64,000 nt of DNA, from positions 8,122,001-8,186,000 of the forward strand of contig CM068756.1 in assembly GCA_035084275.1 (NCBI GenBank). The letters run 5' to 3'. This DNA is from Hydrolagus colliei (lineage: Eukaryota). Shown here in pieces: positions 40,101 through 51,099 of this stretch (position 1 is the stretch's first letter; each line of letters starts with the position of its first letter). Both the position numbers and the translations under genes were made by a program. The notes under the pieces are model-generated. The model saw only the letters and a list, made by a program, of their open reading frames with translations. It was not told the origin of the DNA and ran no database searches.

Positions 40101-41549
40101 TACTCTGCAAAAGGATCCACATTCCTACCTCCTGAAGCTATTAACCCTCACAGTGCTGTAACATGGAAATTCTACATGATTAGCATGGCAAAAATCCCAA
40201 TGAACACTTCTATTCAACTTCAAGTAACGGTGGCATTTCTGTCCCCCACCCAAACTTGTCATTACTTTGTGAGATGCGCTCTGAATATTTGTGTATCCCA
40301 GATCACTACATCTTCTTCGATTTCTCATTATTTTATTGTTTGAAAGCAACCCCAGCTATTCTTAATTTAATCTTAAGTGAAACTGCAGCAAATACTTGTT
40401 TGCCACACTGTAAAAAATCATAAGATGCTCAATAAATTAGCTTACCTTAAGTTGACAGCAAATTACCAAGATGCATTATTGGGGGTGAAATGTGCAATGT
40501 GATAAAACATTCCATAATTATTGAATTCATTATTAAACATCTCACTTTTTTTTCATGCTCACTATGGGCATTAGGTGTCCATGTAAACATTTCCGTATGA
40601 ACTAGAAATCACGAATACAAATGTGACGACTACAGAGTTCAGTAATTATCCAACAATCAACTAGAAGAGGAGGTTGTTATGGTACATTGGGTAAATTAAG
40701 TCATGTTGAGCTACAGAGATTAGAAAGTTCACAGGTTCTGTCCCTGGTTAGCCAGAGGGGAATCATCATTCTTTGGACAACGGTGAATTAAAAAATTCTG
40801 CTGTTTTCCTAATTATTATCCAGTCATCTTTATGTGAAACACACATTTAGTGCTGACAGAATAATAGTTTTGTGGTCAAAACAGGCAGCCAACACTTTCT
40901 GTCCACATACATGTACAACTGCCTCTCCAGTGAGGTAATGTTACTTGACTGAGGCACCAGAACCATAAAGATATGAGTTGCCAACTCTAGCAAAGGAGGA
41001 AAATAACTGGAGGAAAAATGAAACCATAAGAGTTCCCACCTGGCCTCCAATAACTTTTTGCTGCTTTGTTATTCGATAGTTTTCATTTACAGGGTTACTC
41101 CATTGAGCCCTGTAAACATCACTTGAGCCAGATTGTGTGGCCAGAAGTAGTGATGTTGTCAGCCAAGAGATTCCTTTCAGCTTGACAGTCTCACAGAACA
41201 ACAATCTCTCTTTGCCACCCTTGCAGGCAGGTTCTGGTGGCGTTCCTGATTTTTTTTTGTGAGCCTCTGATAACAAGAGGAGCAAACTCTATGAGAAAGT
41301 GCTCAACATTGTTGTCACTTACCCTCCGCATTACCCACTTGTTTCATGTAAACAAAATACTGTACAATGGTGATGAAGCTCAACGGGATACTGAATGGAT
41401 AATGCATCATCATAAGGAAATAGCAACTAAGTTGTTGTTTCAATTCCTCTGACATTCAATGACGAACAAGTGAAATATAAATTATTGAATGAGGACCAGC
41501 CATTCCCCCAGTATCAAATGTTCTTTCTTCTGAGAAATAGGCATGCACT

Positions 41550-41720
41550 AAACAACAACTACTTGCATATATGTATATAGTATCTTTCCCACGGGGGAAG
41601 CATCTCAGCTTAGCAGTGGTAGAGCTCTACGTCAAGCCAGAATGAGGTGGGTGGGGGAGAGAGGGAGGCTTGTAAGCACGGTCGAAGAGGAAGGTCTTCA
41701 GTCATGATATAAAAGAGGGG
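41550..41720 (-). mobile_element. Decayed L2 3' fragment
   Basis: aacaacaactacttgcatat...atag tail and gtcgaagaggaaggtcttca; followed by a G run at ~41724-41743. Confidence 0.55.
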
Positions 41721-42164
41721 AATGGGGGGGGGGGGGGGGGGGGTGGCAATCAATAATTTGATCTGTTATGTCAAAATTTAAGTCAAAATGTAACAGTGTG
41801 ATTAGGTTTCAAACAACCTCCAATTTCTTCTGAAAGTTGTCACAATCTTCCAATTAGTGTGCTCACAGAATAGATTGTTGTGTTACAAATATGATTCCAG
41901 GTGTATGTGGCGGATACTCTTTGCCAATCAGACAGTCCAATCAGCCAGCTTGGGGGAATAAGCAGTTAAAAGCTTAGAATATCACTAAAATATTCTTGTA
42001 CTCAGTGAGTTAAATTTGTGCACATTTCATTTTCATATCCGTGACGTTCGTCAGGCTGATCTCTAATTGACAACAGTTCTGGAAACCCACAGGTGCCCTA
42101 CTCAGGGAACCAAAATCTGGGGACGCCAAAGCAAGCGTGGGTTGAAACGTCTCCCATGTCACGG

Positions 42165-42197
42165 TCCTCCTCCTCCTCCTCCTCCTCCTCATCATCA
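42165..42197. repeat. (CCT)n/(CAT)n microsatellite
   Basis: tcctcctcctcctcctcctcctcctcatcatca. Confidence 0.9.
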
Positions 42198-42379
42198 ATT
42201 CAGATCATGTATTATTACAATCTTCTGCCACTTGAGTGCTGCTGCTTGTGGGCAAAAATCGCTGAGATAACAAAGGCATTTTACAGCTCTGCAGGTGTTA
42301 CAATGTGTCACTCGAAATCCTCAAGTGTGGTCCCCCTATTGTTCCTCGTCCACACTAGGAGCACAAACACAAAGACCGT

Positions 42380-43260
42380 GGCAGTCAGAAGCCCTGTAGG
42401 CTACAGGGATTTATAAATGCAACCAAAAGGCCACAGCAGAAATGGATGATTAATCCATAATATTTACCTCAACAGCAACTCCAAATCTTTTTAAAAGTCA
42501 TAAAACCGATGCCTCATTACACAACAGCAGCTTCAAAATTGTTTTATAAAACCACAAAACAAAAATCAATAGATGTTCTTGAAAGGGCATGACAAAACAT
42601 ACTGCAGGGGATCTGCAAGTGGCATTTATCAATCATAATGCTATTATGTGGACTTCAACCATATTTTTCAATGCTTAAATTTAACACAATATAATTCCTT
42701 TATTCTTGTAACTAAGCAAGTGTTATATAAGATTGTGTTTCAAAGAAGGATTTTCTTTTTCAGTTCCATCACTATAAATAACACTGCCAGGCACAGCAGA
42801 GGGAGATCAATTGAACATATATTTGCTATCTGAGCTTTGGCTGCTGCTGTATTACTTCACTGTCTAATCAATACTCAACCTCTTAAGTGCATAGCCAAAA
42901 CCCCATATCATCATTAGTCCAAGTCAGCGTAAGTTTATTACACACCTAACAGCATGTTACATTTCTTTCTCGGCAACACTGATCACACAAAAAAATAACG
43001 TGCATGCTGCGGGGACACTTTTTACTGGCACATCTAAGCACATGCATATGTCTGTCTGTTAAATTGTATCAGCTATTTATTTTTCCGCCTGCCCAACCAT
43101 AAGGCCTTTTACCTCTTGTCAAAGCACATACTTTCTCTGCAGCCATTATTACTGCCAATTTGCAATCAGACAACAGAAAGCGTGCTTTGCAAGACTCAAG
43201 TACACTTTGGGATTTTTTTGCCTTCTCCCCAAAAGTAGAGCTCGCCACGGCCATTCCATC
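42380..43260. promoter_or_regulatory. Candidate conserved enhancer
   Basis: TGATTAATCC (42447; PBX-HOX/OTX), ATCAATCA (42628), RUNX AACCACA and HOX-type TTTAT sites. Confidence 0.45.
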
Positions 43261-43374
43261 TAGTGTTCAGGTGTAGAACTGAACCTACTCAATGATTAGT
43301 AACTGAGCCTATAACTATCGATGAAAAGCGAGCACGATAGAAACTTCAAAAATCCGCATATGTCCCTAACCATA

Positions 43375-43492
43375 TATTTGTATAAGTCAACTCACTTTAT
43401 ATTCAATTCACAGTATATTCTGTGAAGCGCTTTGAGACTTCTAGAAGACGTGGTAAGTCACCATATCAAATGCAAGGATTTGTCTTAATATT
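43375..43492 (+). mobile_element. SINE 3' tail
   Basis: cagtatattctgtgaagcgctttgagacttctagaagacgtg...atatcaaatgcaaggatt. Confidence 0.8.
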
Positions 43493-44754
43493 GTTAAAAG
43501 CCATGTGTCACTTTTAGCATGATAGTTTGAAAATATTGTATTTCTGTTAATTCAATGCTTTCCTGTTTTTAGTATACTTTGTCACATTCATTAAAAGAAA
43601 CATTACACCAGCAACAACAATTTGCCTGAAAATGTAGCTAATCTAAACCGACTATAATAAATGGTATTTTGACAATTCCATTGCTCTAACTGTGACTTTG
43701 TAATATAAAGAGTTACTACATTTATTGCTGGAATATAACAAGAATCGGGGTATTATGAAACATTTCCATCAATGCTATTTGGACACAGGTGACTTTAATT
43801 CTCAAATTCTGGATGTTGAGAGATGAGCAACTCATTCGAAGCTTGCAATCCCTTTAAGCAAAACAGCAGCACAATACAAAAAGGATAGAAGCTGCTCTCG
43901 AAATACACGCTTGATGCTACTCAATTCCTGCTGCTGATGGGAGGATGTCTATTTTCTCAACGCCTGAAAGGATAGTGGAAGAGAAAAGTTTGCAAGCTGG
44001 TCTTGTGGTGAATAAGCATCCATTAAATCGCTTGTAGTACAATGGTGTGATTATGCAGGGTTGTGTATTCTAAAATCATCTCTACAGCCACTGGATTTAC
44101 ACAAAGCAGTAAAAGTGATTTTCTTGAATAATTTTCTACATTCATTTCTAGAAGAGCCTGGAACAATAAAAGCCATACCCACATTTAAATATTGACCGCT
44201 TTTCTCATTGTGCAGTGCACAGTTCATACAATAAAAAGGTGAGCAAGAATAAGCTATAATTCACTGTCTTAACAAAATTCATGGATGTGATGATGAGTCA
44301 AGTAAAGTGATTCACAAAAACCTTTAAACCCCAGGTTGGACCCAACATTCAGTTTCTACCTTTATATCAACAAAAGTTGCAATATCCTACAGTAGGCAAT
44401 CTTTCTCCTAGTATCAGCTAATGAGACTGCCAACACATTGTGAGTGATCACTGCTTAATTTGTCAATCAATATACAATTTCTGCCAGCATCCATAGAGTA
44501 GTTATGATAAAGGCACTTTGTAAGTTGATGGCATCAAATGGGTACCGAATACTTTACTGGGATTTGAGGGATACTTTACAGAGTATTACATTTACAAGTG
44601 AACTAATTATAAATGTACTGCATCATTACTGGTCATATTACATTAAATATTTAAACAGCTCATAAAACAAGCATGATAAGTGGTAATCTGATAGATCTGA
44701 AGCATTTCTCACCAGGTATAATAGAAAGAAAAATTAATTATGATTACTCAATGA

Positions 44755-45066
44755 AATAATAATACTAATCCTTGCATTTGATATAGTGCTTTTCACTTCT
44801 TCAAGACATCTGAAAGCGCTTTACAGAATATCCTATAAAGTGAATTGACATGTATTTGTGGGTGAAATTCAGCAGCCAATTGCACACAGCAGTGTCTCAC
44901 AATCAGTTGTGGACTGAGTGACCAAATCATTATTTTATTTTTTATTTCTTGAGCGGTTATTATCAGCCATGTGGGGTAAGGAAACGTGTCCAAGGCTTTG
45001 CCCTGGCGGGAATCAAACCCAGGTCTTATGCTTGCAAGGCGAGTGCTCACTGGACTATAGCACTCT
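44755..45066 (-). mobile_element. Short tRNA-headed SINE (head 44999-45066, tail 44755-44925)
   Basis: Minus-strand head TATAGTCCAGTG...CTCGCCTTGCAAGC...CCTGGGTTTGATTCCCGCCAGGGCA with A/B-box remnants, collinear with a family tail. Confidence 0.65.
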
Positions 45067-46399
45067 ATGTAGAAAAGTAGCCATCTTAAATCCAGATTAT
45101 TTGTAGGCAAGGATGAAAGGAACAGGATAAATGGAGCACTTCTGAAACACAATGTGGTTGGGGAACTGAAGATATACAGGTCATTTGTGAAACGTTGCCT
45201 CATTCAGAGCAATTTTATACTCCGAATTTATAGGCACCAAAATCTGGATTGAGAATCACCAAATCGATTTCACGTAGGACTCTTGCAGCCAACAAACATA
45301 ATAGACTTCCACCCTGCTACTCCTGCTGTAGTTAAAATGCCAGGACCAGGGATGTCAAATTTTAATTTCATTCCAAATTTGTTACAAATAAAGCTGTTAA
45401 ATTCCAAGTGAATGTCACATTCAAACTGTTGCAATCAATACCTAACAAAGGAGTATTTGGTGGCAATATTTAGAAACATTGTTCTTCCAAATCAAGAAAA
45501 TGTACAGTATTTCTGCGTATCCAATTAGCTGTCGGAAAAACTAAAATCCAGTACTCACTTTCAATTATTAACTCCAAGGCAAATAAAATGGATTTTGTAA
45601 ACCAAGAAAAATTAGAGATATCCCTTATCCCCACAAGAAGCAGGAATGTGCCAAGGATATTCTTTAAAGTGTTGTAAACACATACAATCAATGGTTAAGA
45701 ATGGACTTGGTAACTTAATAAATATTACATTTAAAAACTTCAGGAACTTTGCTTCCCACCCCTGCCCCTCAATTAAAACGAACTTTGAACAGTTGTTACT
45801 TTCTTATAAACTCAATATTTTGAAAATTGGGGAGGGGAAGGAATTAAATAAAATCCTGAGAATTATTAAAACTTTGTGTGTTGTTCCATTTACTGCACAT
45901 TTCAATGCACAACTTGTTCTTGTAACATCAAAACACTGTGGTGAAAGCACAGATTAAATAGCACAGCTGCTGGGCACTGCAGTGAATTGGGCCCCTGAGA
46001 AAAAAAATCATGTAATCTCCATCTGTGGCCTTGTTTACTGGGAATTAACTAGAAACCCTGTTTAACAGCTTTTTATTATTTTAACCAGCGCATCTATACA
46101 GATTGACATGGTGATGCTCTTGAATCAATTTCATGCAGTATTTCATTTACATTTTAAAACTGGATGAGGTTTTCTTTTACCCTCTCTTGCCTCAAACAAT
46201 ATAACGTGATTCCACAGAATTTAGTTTTCATGTTTATCATTGATCACTTGTTTGAAAAACCTACAGCACAGTTCAAATGAAACATTCGCTTCTTTTAAAG
46301 TCTATGAAAACTTATAATTGCTTCTCAAATTCAGCATAAGAAAGGAATGTTCTAATCGTCATGTAGAGTAACTTTTGGGGGGAAATCAGAAAGTCATCA

Positions 46400-47330
46400 A
46401 ACTTTATGATTGTGAAAGTTAGCTATGATTGCATTGAGGACTTGCACTTTCAGCGAAATTCATGACAAAGAAGGAAACACCACGTGGGCAAAATTATGCT
46501 TCTCTTTTGTAGAAAAAATATACTGTAGCATAGCAGGTTACCTTGGTAATGAATAATAGTTCGATCCAAGGGTAAAGTGGCAAATTGAACATCAATTGCA
46601 TGCAAGAGGGCCAGGGCTGGCTCGAAAGGAGCTCTCAGCTGGATTCTTACGGACACATTATTGTCTACAAGGACCCCCACTTCACTGTGACAGCAGCAAG
46701 ATTAATGTACAGAAGTTAAGACATGTTGTGGGCAAGTGCCCATGAAATAGGCAGAATGGAGGGCTTGTGTCCTGGCCGTTACCCAGCATCATCCAGTGCT
46801 CTCTTTCTCAAAATACCCAACACCAAATAAGAATTGAGTTTGTAACGAGCAAACAAATCACTACTTATTAGCTAAAAACTTAGGAAAAGAGGGGAAAGGG
46901 GGCGGGAAGGGGGGCAAATAAGATAATGAAGCATGATCAAATCCCAAACGACTGATCTGTAATTGTGACAATTTCGAGTTTAAAATGCCCTTTGTTTCAT
47001 TGTTCCAGTTTCTTGGCTCTGTGAGTTTCAAGTCAGATCTGTATATACAATCTCCATTAAAATTGGGGGGGAAAGATAAATCACCACAGATTTGCCATTT
47101 CACTATATCTGTAATAACACGGTTCAATGTATATTTCTTTTTCCAATGTTCCTTAAGTGCCAAATTATCATCAAACGTGTTCCCATTATTCAGCTTTCAT
47201 ATTGTATTCCTTTGCTTTTTAAAAAAAGTGTGCTTTTCTTTTGACCACGTGCCAATTCAACCCACCACGTGCCAATTCAACCCACCACGTAACCTTCCAC
47301 AGGTTATTGAAAATAATGCTAACAATCTTT
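46400..47330. promoter_or_regulatory. Candidate conserved enhancer(s)
   Basis: E-boxes CACGTG, TGACAG, GATA and TAAT motifs in unique sequence. Confidence 0.35.
47244..47290. repeat. 20-bp tandem duplication (x2.35)
   Basis: (accacgtgccaattcaaccc)2 followed by accacgt. Confidence 0.95.
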
Positions 47331-49882
47331 AAAAAAAAACGAATTTCAAAGTGTAGATGAATCACTACATATTACAGTACTCCCACCATATCTATCGATA
47401 AAGCCACTACCTATACAGCAGTGGAAATGTAACTGAACAAACACAAATATTCCTAGGCAGCACAAAGACTCTCCATTGGACAATTTATTGGAGAGTAACA
47501 GATTCCTTGAGAATCGGACCCCAATGTGAGTAAGCTTTAGGAAGGGAGGAGATTGCAGCAGGAACGAAGAAGGAAAGTAACTTCCTGCATGAGTTCTGTA
47601 AACACATATTTTTACTTTAAATCAATATATTATGCAAGCAGTTCATTGGGAGTAGTTACACCAGGTGAGAATTCAGCCAGTGACTTGCTCACATGCACAG
47701 ATTTTAACATTGTTTACTTCACTCATTAAATCCTGTTTGTGGGCAGCTCATTCCATTGTTGAAACTAATGAAGTTGACCCAGTAAAATTGCAATGTAATG
47801 CTAAAGCATTTGTTACATTTTAGTCTTGATGTTGAACATATAGATAAGAGAGATAAAACAAAACTACACAAAATGTACCAAATGTGGCTGAGAAATTCCT
47901 ATAAGGTAATGAGATATGTAGCGCTTAGGACAGATGGAGACACATAAAACAGCTGCAAAAGCTCACAATGCCTTTATAAACAGATGGGATCTAAAATCCA
48001 TTCAATATCTTCAATCCACTTTACTTTATACTGGGTAACTGATTTTTTCCATTGGAATAGAAACCAAAAATGGGAAGGGGGGCGTATATCTGACTGAAAA
48101 GAGGGATGACGTGAATACCACATTTGAGGCACAACTAAATATAGTATTTTTCAATAAGAGCATCTATAACTATATTTAACATTGTACAGATACGTACTTG
48201 TTCACCCAAATTCTGGACAACGTACTTTGCTTGCATGTTCTGCACACAATGCTACAGCAAATTCATGTCAAAAAGCGTAGGATTTACATTTTGTAAATAT
48301 TTTCACTACACTTTAGTGACACGTCACAGAAGCAGGCATCATCCTAGAAATGGGGAGAGTTTCAATTCTTGTGATTCAGATTTACCCACTTTATCTTTGT
48401 TGCAATATCAGACATAACACAAAAAAGTGCACAAATCATCATTGCTCTTAAAAGGCACAACATGCTGAAACACAAGTACTGCATTACCATCAATAATATA
48501 GTAACTGAACTACACAAAGCGAAGACTATACACAGTCCCAAGTCAGTCTTCTAATTTTCCAACACAGGTATACATTTTCTCCCATCAGTGAAATTCAACT
48601 GTGCTGCAACTGAAATTGTGGTGTAATACATTCGACCAAGGTAGAGTATAGTTAATCGGAGAGGGAAAGCACAGCAAGCCTCCCTTCATAGTCCAAGAAC
48701 CTATGGCCATATACCACGATTGTATAAGGGTAAAAATGTAGACTGTGTGTCTGTTATCAGCATCAGGATGTTGTAAATGTGCAAAGACACTTTACAAACC
48801 AGCTGTGCTGTCTGTGCGGCCAGGATAATATTTCTCAAAGCACTTCTGACAGAAAATACAATGCAACGCCAATACATAGAGGAAAAAACAGCACACAGAC
48901 AACTCTACTTTGTCTATCTTTTCTCAACATGGACAAATCAGATGTTAGCTAGTGGCTTCATTGTGCTATGATTCCCAATTGTATACTAGATATGGGTCTA
49001 GTTATTGGATTAAAATGCCATTTTGCTGTATTGGTTCTATTACAATCTGCCTTGTTGCTATAGCAGTAGATCCTCCTTCATGTTTCAGATCGTTTTTCCT
49101 TTCCGTTATTCCACTCTTACTCCATAGCCACCGTCAAAATTATTGTTTATTGCTGGAATTTCAATTAATCTTAGGAACTATCTCACTGTTTTTAGGTGAT
49201 CCCTGTTTGAGCCAGTAATGAGCCATTCACTAATTAGAATAGCTTGTCTGCTCCCTGCTGGCATCTGGTGGGTCGCCTACCCCTACCTTTGTGAAACCCT
49301 TGTTTTATGAAAAAATATCCCAATCACATATAATTATGAGACATTCTTTATGGCGCTGTCTTCCTTCTTACAGTACAGTTCTGTTAGCAATATCCCAGCT
49401 TTACTGAGCTCCTCCTGGTGACACTGGTGGTGAAGGAAGGAGGGTTGTGGGGGTAGAGGAGGGGAGGGAAGTGGGAAGGCTTGTCAATGTTAAACTCTGT
49501 AACTTCATCCTCCCAAAGACTTGGATCAACCTATGCCAATAACCAGGCAATCCTGTAGACAGCCATACACTAGAATCCCTCCCACTTCTCCTCATGGGAG
49601 AAACAGACTGATGGTGAATTATAACATAATAAACTCCGCCAACCTCACAGGCTACATAAATACTATTACATATTACATTTATCTTCCATGGAATGCCATT
49701 CAGATTGTCTGTAAAATATTGAAATGACATTGACTTTGTTCTATAACTATTCATATGCTTTTCTCTGCATGACCCCATACATCATTGCAATCTTATTCAA
49801 CATATGCACTTTCAGTATCAATGTTTAACGTAGGAAATATGTGGGCATTCTCCTTCTAGTTTTCTCCCTATTCTTATGTTAC

Positions 49883-50435
49883 TTAATAATAATCCATGCA
49901 TTTGGTATAGCACTTTTCACGTCTTATTGACGTCTCAAAGTGCTTCACAGAATATACCGTAAAGTGAATTGATTCTACATTTTGTGGGTGAAACGCGGCA
50001 GCCAATTGCGCACAGTATTGTCCCGCAGACAGTCGTGGATTCAAATGACCAATGTTTATTATTTGTTAATAGTTTCACGGGTTTGCCAAATCCTCCAGTG
50101 GTTCTGCATTGTTGGAGGTGGCTTCCTTCAGATGAGACATTAAGCCGGAGACCCAATTGCCTGCGCAGGTGGACATTAAAGATCCCATCACTCACTTCGA
50201 AAAGACAAGAGTTTCTCCAGTGTTTCCGTGGGTTTTTCGCTGCCCAACAATTCACCGGATAAAATTGGTCATTCACTTCATGTCTATGCATATGAGGACA
50301 TTGCTGTACATAAATTGGCACCCATGACACCTGACAGAATGCAATCACCGCATTTCACAGCAAATCCTTCAAAGTGCTTTGAGGTGATACCTCTGATGTA
50401 AACGGCGTAACCATCAAATGTAAAGATTATGATTA
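49883..50435. mobile_element. Two SINEs back-to-back (- ~49883-50070; + ~50093-50435 with Deu core)
   Basis: Left copy has the family tail; right copy has cagatgagacattaagccg...caggtggacattaaagatccca (Deu core) and an atcaaatgtaaagattatgatt tail. Confidence 0.8.
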
Positions 50436-50489
50436 AAAACATAGACATTCCAGGGGTAGAAACACGTTGACCCACATCCTTCAATTGTA

Positions 50490-50833
50490 ACAAAACACCA
50501 AATTCTGCAGAGGCTGGAAATCTGAAACAAAAACAGGCGTTGCTGGGGAAAACTCAGCAGGTCAGGCAGCATCTATGGAGAAAGGAAAGTGAGTCAACGT
50601 TTCGGGTCTTCGACGAGCCTTCGTCGTGGACCCGAAACATTATCTCGCTTTCCGCTCTGAGATGCCATCCGGCGTGGAGAGCTCTATATAAATCAAAGTT
50701 GTTGTTGTTCTTGTTGGTCAGAACAGGGGTCTGGCGAAGGCTCGTGGACCCGAAACGTCGACTCACTTTCCTTTCTCCATGGATGCTGCCTGACCTGCTG
50801 AGTTTTCCCCAGCAACTTCTGTTTTTTTCTTCT
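50490..50833. mobile_element. Penelope-derived fold-back element with 10-bp TSD-like flanks and hammerhead-like cores
   Basis: 80-bp inverted arms (50529-50608 vs 50747-50826, 4 mismatches); ttcaattgta at 50480-50489 and 50834-50843; CTGGCGA-AGGCTCGTGGACCC-GAAAC-GTC at 50731-50759. Confidence 0.85.
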
Positions 50834-51099
50834 TTCAATTGTAGTTGGGTCTTTTTCTAGGGGGGTGGGGGGTTTGGAATTAAAAACTTATATCCATAGC
50901 AAAACAACTAATAAGTTGCAGCATTGAAAGATCATGCCAGCCAATAAAAGCACACCAGGGACACCGAGAGTTATGTGTAGTCTCACTGCAAGGTATTTAC
51001 GGGCTGTTGTTAAGCAATGGCTTCTTTAGGTTGTAATCACTTTATCACATGGATGTAATTTCCATCCACCCCACCCCTGACAAAAAAAAACAATTCTGC

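Noticed and set aside
44999-45066. Functional tRNA-Ala gene
   Set aside because: Acceptor and anticodon stems do not pair, the D-arm is shortened and the B-box is mutated; fits a SINE head or pseudogene.
47244-47290. CRISPR-like repeat array
   Set aside because: Head-to-tail duplication with no spacers, in eukaryotic DNA with no cas genes.
50731-50764. Currently active ribozyme
   Set aside because: Core A>G lesion (CUGGCGA) and mismatches in stems I and II; reported only as a family motif.
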